This document shows positions 1 to 11,621 of a stretch of DNA of 64,000 nucleotides, piece after piece. The position numbers and the translations under genes were made by a program. Positions within the stretch are counted from its first letter, which is position 1, and each line of letters opens with the position of its first letter. The stretch comes from Lytechinus pictus (Eukaryota), in contig NC_087247.1 of NCBI RefSeq assembly GCF_037042905.1, positions 39,184,001-39,248,000 of the forward strand, read 5' to 3'. The notes beneath the pieces were generated by a model. That model saw only the letters and a list, made by a program, of their open reading frames with translations, was not told the DNA's origin and searched no databases.

Positions 1-205
1 TTCCAGTCAGTCGCCGGTGAGGCGCACACAGTAATGGACAAGCTACAATGACTTTCACATCCTACCGGGTACCCATTTAGCACCTGGGTCGAGAGTGGCA
101 AACTGTGGATTAACGCCTTGCCAAAGGACGCCAGACCGTGGTGGGATTCGAACACACGACCCTCTGTTTACAAGGCGAGAGTCAGAACCACTACACCACG
201 GCTCC
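1..205 (-). mobile_element. tRNA-derived SINE (3' part runs off the window start)
   Basis: Minus strand reads GAGCCGTGGTGTAGTGGTT...GTTCGAATCCCACCACGG (Pol III A and B boxes), followed by CCCAGGTGCTAAATGGGTACC, a body shared with the SINE at 48706-48993. Confidence 0.8.
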
Positions 206-1010
206 TCCAGTAATATACCGAGAAATATAGATTAACGTTTCCTTTCATGACGATTGTCCTGATATGAAAATTTCGTTCACACAACATGTATTTGTTTTTT
301 TCAGGATTTTGTTTTTTTTTATTTGTTGGCATTGCACCATGCTTTTATATATTTTTTTTATTAAGACTTATTTCCGAAAAATCGATATGATGTTCATCAC
401 AATAAAAATTATGAAATGAACTTGAGTCATCATAAAAATTGAAATTGAAATAATCTGAAGAGTTTGATAACAACAGAAACAACGTTGGATTCAAAACTGA
501 TTATTGTGGAATACCACATGAAATAGACCTGTATTCATTTACCATCATAATTAACAAACTGTTTGCTGTTTCGTGAATAATCATCAAACCATTCTAATGC
601 TATACCACGAATTTTTAGCTGTAGAAAAAAAAACCTTTCTAAGTCATACCTATAAGATAATATTTTGCAATTTATGATATTAAATTATTTTCTAAATACA
701 TTTTTGTGTTGCACAATAATTGTAGAGTGACTCCCAAAACACACCTAACAGTACACCATCCGCTCGATAACAAGTAGACAGAATTAATAGATTGCAATTT
801 ATCAACGATATTAATTCAAAGCTCTCATCAATGCACATAATTATGGTTTATCATTCGATTTATTACTAACATGTCGAATAACAGTTAATACAAAGGGAAC
901 GGTTGCTGATGGGAAATGCATTGCACTACTGATTGTATTTCTCCTTTACTCCACCTGCTGTCCATGGATGTCTAAAAGTTTATCTTTAAAAGACGGTTTT
1001 GTTGGCAATA

Positions 1011-1110
1011 ATGTTAACGAACAAGAACACAATCGTTGTCGGCATCATCGTTTCGTTGATCATCGTCAATCTCGAGTTCGTTCTTCGGAGACTACTTGAT
1101 ATTCCACCAG
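1011..1110 (+). CDS. Sulfotransferase gene 1, coding exon 1 (type II signal anchor)
   Basis: MLTNKNTIVVGIIVSLIIVNLEFVLRRLLDIPP; in-frame TAA upstream at 987-989; CAG|GTGTGT donor, phase 1, as in the three paralogues. Confidence 0.7.
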
Positions 1111-1443
1111 GTGTGTATTATCATACCCCACTCCCTCTCTATCTATGTCTGCCTCTCCGATTGTCAAATTACAACATCAAATCTTCTAACATAAAAAACA
1201 AATCGAGTAAAATCACATGATTATATATTATTGCATATAATAATTTGCCCTTCTTAAAGAATAAAAGAGCTTAATTTCCTTCATTTTCCAGTAACGGGAT
1301 TACTCGGAAACGAATGTATGTTTAATTATGATTTTTTTAATGTTGTTGTTTTTTAATCATTCAGTGAAATAAATTGAGATGATGGGCTTAAGATATTTGG
1401 GGATTTATGACCATGATGACAGTTCAAATAGTGTAGTCCCTAC

Positions 1444-2300
1444 CAGGGGCGGCGGAACCGGGGGGGGGCAGGGGGCAATTGCCCCTTCCCCCGAAATTCC
1501 CCATAGGAAAAATTACTTTTTCCAAAATGGAAAGTGCCCCTTTTTTCAAAATGAAATACCCTTTTTGAAATAAAAACATAGTACAGTTTAGGTTAGAAAA
1601 TCACAAAATTTTGGCTCGCGCTTTGCACTCGCATCAATTATTGTTTAGTAAGGTACTAAATCTGTTTTTGGTTACAAAAAGTGCCTAGAAATTTCCAGTT
1701 CATTCGATTGGTGAGATATGTATCCTATTGACCAGTCACTAAATGCAGTCCTTATCAGATTTTTGATTTGGGGCCCTATGCATAAAAGTTACTATAATGG
1801 TAACTTTGCCATCGAGTGGTAACTTCCATGGAATCCTTGATTTTGATTGGCCGTTGAACATTGTAACCATGCATGGTAGTTACCGTTGGATGAGAAAGTT
1901 GCTATAATTATTTAGTTCGATACACATCATTTTCATGATTATAATACTGCTCGGAATGTTTAATTTTCATGTCTTATTACATGAAATGTCCACAAGTTTG
2001 TGCTCGCGATTTGCGCTCGCAACATCTCACAAGGATGCCCTTTAAACAGTTATTAGCGCCATGCAGAATTGACCAAAAAGCGAAATTCACAACTTCAGAT
2101 TTCCTAATAATTATATATCTTATCAATCAGAAATCGCTTCAAAAATGCTTTGTTCAACTTAATTACTACAAAACACTCATCTACTTGACGCAGATGATAA
2201 TCTCATGGTGACAATATCCGTTTACACCAAAATGCCAATTTTGGCTTACAAGTGCCCTTTTGGCTCTGCCCCCCCCAAAAAAAAAGTTCCATCGCCCCTG
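1444..2300. mobile_element. Non-autonomous hAT-like element (MITE)
   Basis: Termini CAGGGGCGGCGGAAC / GTTCCATCGCCCCTG; 8-bp flanks GTCCCTAC (1436-1443) and GTCCCTAT (2301-2308); a fragment of another MITE lies at ~1770-1910. Confidence 0.75.
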
Positions 2301-2517
2301 GTCCCTATGATGATGCAATACAAGGGTGTTAGTGGCATCCTTGCCTTATTTGACTTTTATTTGATTATTTAAATCAGCTTAATATTTAGGTAGACAAAAC
2401 TCATATAATATATGAGTAATATCAACCTAACAAAAAATGATATTTCATGTGAAGGATACATGGTCTTAGGCAGATGTTCTTATCAATTACATTTGATTTT
2501 ATTTCCTTCTCTTACAG

Positions 2518-2537
2518 ATCCCATTTATAAACCCAAG
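2518..2537 (+). CDS. Sulfotransferase gene 1, 20-nt stem micro-exon (DPIYKPK)
   Basis: Strong polypyrimidine acceptor TTTCCTTCTCTTACAG; donor AAG|GTGCAG; converts phase 1 to phase 0 as needed to join exon 1 to the 6391 exon. Confidence 0.5.
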
Positions 2538-3411
2538 GTGCAGTTCCGAGAGGGAGAACAAATTGCGATACCATTCACGGTACAATTACTACATATACAA
2601 ATAAATCTTTCATTTTTAAAGCAATATAGTTCATAATACAAGGAATGGAATGTACATAAATCACCAAATAATATGTTTGTTCATTAAAAACACATTGATG
2701 GATGTAGCCATGGTATCAATCGATGTGATCAAAATTGATCAATAATATCATGAATTTATCAGTTGTTTCAATTCCTGGTGGTCTAATCAAACGCCCCGAT
2801 ACTCTTACATTCCCAATTGTGTTATGAATATTCTTCCCAAAACTATACATATATAGAAATGAATGAACGGTTGAAAAAACAATTCATGATAATGTCTATC
2901 GAAGCAAGCATGCATAAGTAATGCAGACTTGATAACAAATAATGAAATGCTCCAGTTTCAACCTATCAGAGGGCAATATTTTGTTTACTCCCATGGACCT
3001 TTTCCGGCAATACGATCACACTTTTTTATAGTGAAAATAATTTGATATTGCTATTTATATCTATATTTTATTTATTTATCTATTTTTTTTTCATTCATTC
3101 ATCTATTATTCACGTTTTCTTAAAAAAAAGAGACAGGGTTGTCCAGTTCAAGCCAATTGTCCTACTTTGCATGGACTCCCTGTCGAATGTATGGTGGCCC
3201 TGAAGGGACATCGCAAATAGACCAAATCGTGAATATTCACGACGAAGTTGGCGACGAAATTCACGACGTCGCCAATTTCGTCATGAATTTCGTCGTCAAT
3301 TTGAATATTCACGACGAAATTGGCGACGAAATTGGCGACGAAATTCACGACATCGTGAATTTCGTCGCCAATTTCGTCGTGAATTTGTTTTGCTTGCTTG
3401 GGCGGTATGCG

Positions 3412-3788
3412 GGTTGAAACCAATTCGTCTGCTGCTAATTCCTCCACTGCAGGGTCGATCTACATTTATTTAGTCTAATGCAATTCTGTCCATTAACTTT
3501 TCGCCTTACAACCATATGGTCCAATAACCATTTGGTCCAGTCATCACTTCGTCTATAATCACCAGTTCGTCTATGACCATTTCGTCTCACAACTAGTTGG
3601 TCTAATATCAATTTTATTTTCCTTAATTTCGCCCAATTAACACTTAGTTCAATTAGACCAAATGGCATATGGAATAAATGGCAATTGGACCAACTTGGTT
3701 ATTAGACAAAATGGCAGTTAGACCACATTGTGGACAGTGGACGAACTGATGGTAGACCAAATGAAAGCAGACGAGTTGGCATTAAACC
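3412..3788. mobile_element. Palindromic MITE built of short ~17-bp subrepeats
   Basis: Ends GGTTGAAACCAATTCGTCTGC / GCAGACGAGTTGGCATTAAACC; left half has TTCGTCT/TTGGTC motifs, right half AGACCAAATGG-type motifs. An inverted half-copy lies at ~5906-6134. Confidence 0.65.
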
Positions 3789-3840
3789 AATTGAAAAAAA
3801 TCATTGAAACGACAGAACTATGTCCACTGCTATCCATATG

Positions 3841-5752
3841 CATAGGCGGATCCAGGGGGGAGGGGGGCCGAGGGGCCCGCCCCCCTATTAGCGGAGCAAA
3901 AAAAAGGAAAAAGGAAAGAAAAAAAAAAGGAGGGAAAAGAGAGTAGAAAAAAAGAAGAGGAGGATCGAGACGAGTGAATAAAGTAAGATGAGGGGAAGAC
4001 ACGGAAATAAAAAGAATATTTCATGTCACTATATACAATTTTCGCTCGCGCTTCGCGCTCACATTGCCTGTTAGGTGATTTTCATATCTTGTTCAATATG
4101 GAGTTTAAATATCAAATTTGGAAGTCAATATACAAAACATATTTTATCTCGAAAATCAACCTCATTATTTTGCGTGATTTACAAATTGATTTTTAAAAAG
4201 TGCTCTGAAAATATGACAGTTTTATGGTCTGAATATTAACATTTTCCGCTCGCGCTGCGCGCCCGCAAATTTCGATTTACCAGGTACCTATTATTTTCGT
4301 GTATTCCATAAAGTTTTCAAAATATCCCTTTTCAGGTCTGATTGTCAAAACGTATCAGCTAGCGCTACACGCTCGCATTTTGATCGTATGTCTTAATATT
4401 GAATATACAATCCCCTTTTCATGACAATGCAAAGATTTAGGCTCGCAATTTGCGCTCGGGTTAATTGTTAAAATATATTAACTGATGCATCCTATTTATA
4501 ATTACAAAAGTGCTTGAAATGTCCAGTTTTCAGGCCATAATATCATCAGACTTCACGCCCTCATTAGGCATTAATGAATAAGATATTAATTTAATAATTG
4601 AATTGTCCCTTTTGTGTCATCTCGCGCCTAGCAAGAGGAATAGGAAGACATTCATCATTTTCATATAATGACATGTCCTACATGTCCTAAGGATGTACCG
4701 GTCCTATGTCAAAACTCAAAGTAATTAGAATGAAAAAAAATCAGCTCTGTGCGATCCATATCCACTTTACAATTTTCTTACAAAGTGCTTGAAATATAGA
4801 GCTGAAATTGACTCTTTTTTCAGATCGGAATATCAAATAGTTTAAGCTCGCGCTTCGCGCTCGCTTTGATTTTCATGATAAAAGATGTATTTAGAATGCC
4901 TAGATTCTAGGTCTAAATATGAAACACGCGCGCGCATGTTTATTCAGATATTCAACTTGTTCTGTATTCAAATCATTATCCAGTTTCAGATCACAATATA
5001 AACAATTTTCTGCTCGCACTTTGTGCTTGCATCATTAATGTAGGAATTACTCATTCTTTTCCAAATTTACAAAACATGAATAGAGTGTCCCGCCTTTTTT
5101 AGGTCTACATCTCGATTTTTTTCCGCTCGCGCTTCGCACTCGCATCAATTGTTTAGTTATATAGCTATCCTGTTCACGATTACAAAAATTGATTAAAATT
5201 TTCCATTCTTTATGTAGAAATGTCAAAAGTTTTCAGCTCGCCCTTCGCGCTCGCATCAATTGTTTATTATATACCTATTCTGTTTAAGTTCCAAAAGTCC
5301 TTAGAATTTCCATTTTTAAGTAAAAATGTCAAAAAAAGCAGCTCGTGCATCGCGCTCGCATTATTTGATTTTTAAAATATATAACGTCTTCATGACTAAC
5401 TGCATGCAGTCTTTAACAGGTACCTATTCCACCAGTTCATTTCTGCTCGCGCTTCGCGTTCGTAGTAATTATTTATTTGCATACACATCTTTTTTAGGAA
5501 AACAAACATTGCCCAGAATGTTCAAATTATAGGAAAAATTACATAAGATTTCAAAAAAAAGTTTATCTCGCGCTTCGCGCTCACATTATATAAATAAAGA
5601 TTATGATATTATATATTTATGTTGATTTATAAGAATAAAGCTAAGAAGACCACCCCTTCACAGAAACCAAAAATCATCTTCGAGCGGCCGATCGGGGAAA
5701 ATATGGCTGAAAAATAATTCCCTCCTATTGGCGAAGGCTGTATCCGCCCCTG
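3841..5752. mobile_element. Non-autonomous DNA element with internal GCTCGCGCTTCGCGCTCGC repeats
   Basis: Ends CATAGGCGGATCCAG / CTGTATCCGCCCCTG; collinear with the copy at 56989-58194; this copy has no matching TSD because its right flank is rearranged. Confidence 0.75.
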
Positions 5753-6390
5753 GAACACCTATAACAGGCAATGCGAGTGCGAAATTTTATATAGTGACAT
5801 GAAAGATTCTTTTTATTTTCATGTCTTCCCCTCATCTTATTTTTTTAACTCGTCTTCCTCCTCTTCTTTTTTTTCTCCTCTCTTTTCCCTCCTTTTTTGT
5901 TAAAAATTGGGCGAAATTAAGGAAAATAAAATTGATATTAGACCAACTAGTTATGAGACGAAATGGTCATAGACGAACTGGTGATTAGACGAAGTAATGA
6001 CTGGACCAAATGTTTATTGGACCATATGGTTGTAATGTTAGGCGAAAAGTTAATGGACAGAATTGCATTAGACTAAAATGAATGTAGATCGACCCTTCGG
6101 TGGAGGAATTAGCAGCAGACGAGTTGGTTTCAACCCGCATACCGCCCAGGCAAGCAAAACAAATTCACGACGAAATTCACGACGTCGTGAATTTCGTCGT
6201 GAATAATTCGCGACGAAATTCACGATGTTGTGAATTTCGTCGCCAATTTCGTCGTGAATATTCGCGATTTGGTCTATATTTGCGATGTCCCTTCAGGGCC
6301 ACCATACGAATGTACATAATACAGTTATACATACATTGAAACTTGGCGCGATATCGTAATTTAATTTCTTCCATCTCAATATATGCACAG

Positions 6391-7362
6391 ATTGGAAATT
6401 TGTACAACAAATCTATGGACTTTTCGACCAAAGCGCAAAGTGAGATAACGTCATCTACAATATCTTTCATGGATGAGCAAGAATCGATTCAGAATGTAAG
6501 ACGAGAGCAGTTACACCAAACCTGCAGGAGGTATGATCTAAGAGGAACATTCTCAGATCTCTTGAAGAGAAAAAAACATCGCCTAATTGTTGACGAGAAA
6601 TACAAACTTGTATACTGTTCTGTTCCGAAGATCGCTTCTACCAGTTGGAAGAGGGTACTTCTTGTTCTTCGAGGAGTCATGAACGACACTTATGAGCTTT
6701 CACAGCCAGAAGTCAACAACAAGGTGGCACCGAGGAAACTCAAGTATCTTGGATTTTATCCAGAGGCAGACGTTCGCAGGATGCTCCGAGAATACACCAA
6801 GTTTTTAGTCGTTCGAGACCCCTTCTCCCGAATCCTATCAGCCTTCAGGAATAAACTAGATCCAGTGTCAGAGTTCGAGAGATGTGCATCCTGGCAGAGA
6901 GGTATCGGTATGCGTATTCTGAACAAGTACAAATCTTGGTCACTCCTTGAGCCGAAGCGTCCGGTCTTCAAAAGCCTCTCAACAAAGAAAGGAATGGTCC
7001 GCTATGACTTAAACATGGCCGATTTTGTTAAGTTCTTGGTAGACCCTCTCGAGGAGTACGACAACGAGCATTGGTCAGAAATCCATAAAATGTGTTCACC
7101 CTGTTTAATCGATTACGATATCATTAGCAAATTTGAAACGTTGAGTACCGATGCTGAGTACATTCTCCGTCTCCTACATGCAGACTCAGTCGTCCATTTC
7201 CCGTCAACGATTGGAAGTAGTCCAACAAATAGCTCCAATATTGCATCTATAAAGTCATACTACAAAGATGTACCTAGGAGAGATTTGAATAGATTATACA
7301 AACGCTTTCAGTTAGATTTCGAATTATTTGGTTACGAAAAACCTGATATTTGTTTACCGTAG
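6391..7362 (+). CDS. Carbohydrate sulfotransferase (Sulfotransfer_2, CHST11/HNK-1ST-like) gene 1, catalytic exon
   Basis: 5'-PSB VPKIASTSWK, 3'-PB RDPFSRILSAF, HW...CSPC, C-terminal DFELFGY; acceptor GCACAG at 6385-6390, phase 0. Model 1011-1110, 2518-2537, 6391-7362 = 363 aa. AATAAA at 7556-7561. Confidence 0.93.
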   Translation: MGNLYNKSMDFSTKAQSEITSSTISFMDEQESIQNVRREQLHQTCRRYDLRGTFSDLLKRKKHRLIVDEKYKLVYCSVPKIASTSWKRVLLVLRGVMNDTYELSQPEVNNKVAPRKLKYLGFYPEADVRRMLREYTKFLVVRDPFSRILSAFRNKLDPVSEFERCASWQRGIGMRILNKYKSWSLLEPKRPVFKSLSTKKGMVRYDLNMADFVKFLVDPLEEYDNEHWSEIHKMCSPCLIDYDIISKFETLSTDAEYILRLLHADSVVHFPSTIGSSPTNSSNIASIKSYYKDVPRRDLNRLYKRFQLDFELFGYEKPDICLP

Positions 7363-8721
7363 TCATTTTAGTGAATGTATATAGGGCATAAATTTCAGCA
7401 CTATACTACATAAGTTCGTGATTTCTTTGACGAGATCCCTGAGTCAACAAACGAGTTCACCCGTCGCGAACCGAGTCATATGTTCTCTCTGTTCTTATGT
7501 CTAATTCAATGTATAAAATGCATTTGATATACTGTTCCTTTGTTGCTTTTTGTTCAATAAAGTGATGCAAAACAACATTATTACGATTAAGATTACAATG
7601 ATCATTCATCAATGAATATTGGCTTTATTTTTTCTTCCGGGACGTAGGCCTGATATGCAGGTTTCGGTTATGAATTCGTCACGGGTTTTTGAAAATACGA
7701 GCGAGTAAAAATGTCAACATTCTTATCATAAAAATCAAATTTTGTGATAGATTTCGACATGAGATTCAGAAAATAATATCATATTGAACCCTCTCTCTTT
7801 CCTTTCCTTTTCATTCCTTTTCATTCCTTTTCTATTTTTTCTTGGTCGTTTTTTTTTTTTTTTTTTTTTTTTTTGGGGGGGGGAGAAGGGGGGTTGGGTC
7901 AAGAGCCCCCCCCCCCCATCTGTACGCCACTGCTCCTACATGCCTAAATATGCACCAAACACAAGCCCACATACAGTCATGCTCCCAGTTCGTTGAAGAC
8001 TGACACCTCTGTCCTACAGAGGCTCATGAAGTCATGTCAGATTATCGTCAAGAATTTTTTAACCTCTTAGTAAGAAATTAATATTAATGTGTTTTTTTAA
8101 TTCTTCTCACCTCACTCTCTCATATTATTTGCATAAAAGACAAAAATAACCTGGTAAGAGAGATGCTGAGGAGAGAATAAGAAAACATTACATATCAATT
8201 TTATCTTACCTATCCTCATGCCGCTTCTCAACTACTACTTTATTTGGATGTTTTTCAATGCATCGTAAAATTCTGCAGTACTTTTTTTTTCATATTTGTG
8301 ATATTGATTTCGGCTTCATGGGTAAATATGAGCACTGGAGTCTCAAGCTTAAAAACTGTTGTATTCATTATCTTTTTATTGGCAGTGCTGTCCATTATAA
8401 TAATGGACAGCATTGCCAATTCTAATTTTTTTTTAAATGCTTTATATGGTCAAGAGCCCTTGTTTTCGTACTATTAGTAAGATGATTCCGTTGTTTAGAT
8501 GCACTGAACTTCTGAAACTGCGATGTTAATTTTTTTTTTTTTGGGGGGGTAGAGACATCGAAATTATTGATATTATACAACTTACACACGATCGGTCATA
8601 CTAAAGTCTTCTAGTTATCCCTAGTAACAAACGTATCTAATTCACCGTTATGTATGAAAAAAAACACGCGGATGGGATCCATGCTTCATCATTAGTCGTT
8701 GTTATGACCGGCAATTCTATA

Positions 8722-9708
8722 CAGTGCGTATCAAAAAAAGTTTACACTTACACAAAATCCTGTAAAATTATACATTTGTAATATCCTGAAGATTTTTCCA
8801 CATTTTAACATTGGTACAGATCCATTTAAGCAAATGACGATATAACTGTCGAAAAATATTTCCGCTTGAGTGAGCACCACTTACTTTTGAAAAGTTAGTG
8901 AAAAATTATTTGCACAGAACTTTGAAATAGTTATGCGAATAAAAGTAAACCTTAATCATGAAGAATACGTGGAATTTAGCTAGTAAAATTGATTTGAAGA
9001 TATATTTTACCTTTTTAACATGTTTCCTTTCCCAAAACACTTCGAAGAGTGCATTGCGCCCCACCCCACTCCTCCACACACCGAGGCCATCGTGACGATA
9101 TTTGCTTTACACTGAGCTGTGATTTACATGAAATGGCTTAGGCTTGATTTTCATTTTGTTAATCATTGTCAAGCTTGGAAAAAAGTGAGGAGAAACAAAT
9201 ATTAAATGAAAAAATGAAATGTAAACCCACTTTAAATGATAAAAACTTAGTGAAAAAATGCGGAAGATGTCTGATATAAACTTTTGTTTAGATTCAGTTA
9301 GGTCCTCAGATCCAGCTGGCACAAAAAGGGTGAAAGTTGTTCTTACTAAGTGCTGAAATTTCAATTTGGGTGGCCAAATTGTTACAAAATGCTTGAATGT
9401 ATCTGTTTTATTTCAATTGACTAAAAGTGCAAGGGAAATGTATGAGAAATGTTTCGCAGGGTAAGTTTGATTTCGCCCTTTCCCCTTGACACAGCGTGAA
9501 AACAAGCATTTCTGCGCAAACAGATTTTTATGAGCTTTACAATAATGGACAGTGTTCACTCAAGTGTAATATTCTTTCAAAACTTTTACTTTCATTGGAT
9601 GGATGAGACCCAAACCCAAGATTATATGTGAAAAAAATTACCCACATGTTGTATATTTTTTTATTCCCAGGGCTTTTTCAAAGTGTAAACTTTTTTTGAT
9701 ACGCACTG
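8722..9708. mobile_element. Non-autonomous Tc1/mariner-type element
   Basis: TIR CAGTGCGTATCAAAAAAAGTTTACACTT at both ends, TA on both sides (8720-8721, 9709-9710), no transposase ORF. Confidence 0.85.
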
Positions 9709-9969
9709 TAGAACAAGCTTTACGGTTGTCATCCTTTATTTAAGAAGATAAAAACGAAATGTTGACGGTCGTGATTAGAATAAAAGTGCTCAGTTCATTT
9801 GAAATAGGGTCCAGGAAGAGTTCGTGGAAAAAGATACCTTATTTGAGCTCAAAGAAATTCAGCCGGAAAACTGAGAACTCAAATATTATATATTTAAGCG
9901 TTCTCTGATCACAAGCGTTTGATTGATTTTCATTAACGCCACTCTCCGCCACGCCATCACAATAGCAAG

Positions 9970-10087
9970 ATGTTGCCACCTCATAAAGTAAAGGTTGTTC
10001 TCTGTCTAATAGCTCTTGCTTGTATGGTATTAGTATCAATCTTCACATCATTGACAACACCATCTATTCAACATATGATTAAAAGCA
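9970..10087 (+). CDS. Sulfotransferase gene 2, coding exon 1 (signal anchor)
   Basis: MLPPHKVKVVLCLIALACMVLVSIFTSLTTPSIQHMIKS, then A|GTAAGT consensus donor, phase 1. Too short for the ORF track. Confidence 0.8.
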
Positions 10088-10792
10088 GTAAGTTCATTAC
10101 TTTACTTTATTTATCCGATTTATTATGATAACGACTTTAGAATTATATATCAGAAATGGCTGTTAGTAAGTATATAGACTCACCGGTGTTTTAGGTTTGA
10201 ATGATTACGTGATACTATTAGTCAGAATATCGCTTTACATTCATATGCTGTGAAGGAAAATTAACAAGGGTAAATTATGTACTTTCATTAACTAAACATA
10301 ATTATGTGTACTTTAATGATCCTTTTGCAGATTTGACTTTTGTTACAGCTCATGACACAAAATGAGATTAAATATCGTGTATGACATGAAATCCAATCTT
10401 CTCCATGGCTCTGGTTCTATGATATCGTTTCCTGACGTATCAATTTCAGATTATACGCTGATATTTTCCAAGTAAGAAAGGTGGTAATCTATCCAATTTT
10501 GGTGTCTAAGAGTTTGGGAAAATTCAATGCACTTTTCTATTTATATATCAAAGATATCAAACTTCAGCGGTTGAATTATCATTGCCATGACTGTTATGAC
10601 AATTTCAATAACTTCTTTTCATTGATTGGATCGTTAAAATTTCTCAGAAAATTCTCCCAATTTTTAATCGCATTGTTCGGAATTCATTTCGATAGTCATG
10701 ATAGTTAGATTTGAAAGATTAGATTAGATATTTAGATTTGTCATAGTTTATGTAATCCATGTACTGGATTATTTTTCTATATATATTTTCAG

Positions 10793-10839
10793 GATATGAC
10801 ACGCTTTCAATGATACATCATCCAGTGTTTTTGAAAGGG
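10793..10839 (+). CDS. Sulfotransferase gene 2, 47-nt stem exon
   Basis: TTTTCAG acceptor, GGG|GTAAGG donor, open frame RYDTLSMIHHPVFLKG, phase 1 to 0. Confidence 0.75.
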
Positions 10840-11621
10840 GTAAGGATATTATTGCTATTATCACTAACTGTTTCAAGCGTTATATTTTGATATCTTCTTA
10901 TTATGGTGTCAACACAATTTCACATTTACGCATAATAGCCGTTACACACTCATTAAACAAATCAGTCAATTTGACTAGAGTAGTAGCCAGCTGGGTGCAA
11001 TTGATATGTCTAGTCACATTTCTGACGTATATTGTAGTCAGAATCCTAGTATATAAACTACAACTAGAATAACAATTGCACTCATCTGACCCGACTAATA
11101 GTCATTTTGACTGACTTGTTTTGAGAGTGCATGCACATATAAACTTTCATCTGTAAGACAATTTGGGATCAATCTCGGTTTTAGTTTAGTTTGAATCTAA
11201 ATCTCAACTCATGGCAAAAATGAAAAAAGTACATTTAGAGGCAAACTGCGAGGATTGTAACCTTTCTCTTAAAGGTTATTTATATTTTCAGTCGAAATGC
11301 AGCATTTATGCTTATACGAATTACTCCTTTCTTGTAACATACATCGATTATGGTATTTTTAGCCTACGTATGTGTATCTATGTTGTCAAATGTAAATGAA
11401 TCGCATTATTGCTAAAATGTTTTTTTAATAAACATAGGTCTTGTTTCTTCCATATTATTAGACCTCTCCCTCATGATACATGCACTAACAATTCAAAACA
11501 AAGAAATAAGTGTAATTATTGTAAAACATTTGTACATCGGGTAAGTCAGTGCAATTAGAATATTAATATATTTTCATTGCGCATCGTAATCGTTTTACAT
11601 GTTTCACAATTAAATTCTTAG

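Larger units (their letters stand above)
3190..6306. mobile_element. Long-inverted-repeat (foldback-like) composite element in intron 2 of gene 1
   Basis: Ends TATGGTGGCCCTGAAGGGACATCGCAAAT / ATTTGCGATGTCCCTTCAGGGCCACCATA; CGAATG direct repeat at 3184-3189 and 6307-6312; subterminal arrays of the 12-mer GACGAAATT(CAC/GGC) in both orientations. Confidence 0.75.

Noticed and set aside
3139-3447. Repetitive ORFs on both strands (IHDEIGDE / NFVANFVV), also 6100-6339
   Set aside because: By-product of a 12-bp palindromic array in a transposon arm; no splice or domain support.
8328-8448. Hydrophobic ORF (MSTGVSSLKTVVFIIFLLAVLSIII) as gene 2 signal anchor
   Set aside because: Weak donor (GTCAAG); 9970-10087 has a consensus GTAAGT donor in the right phase. 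An alternative first exon is not strictly excluded.
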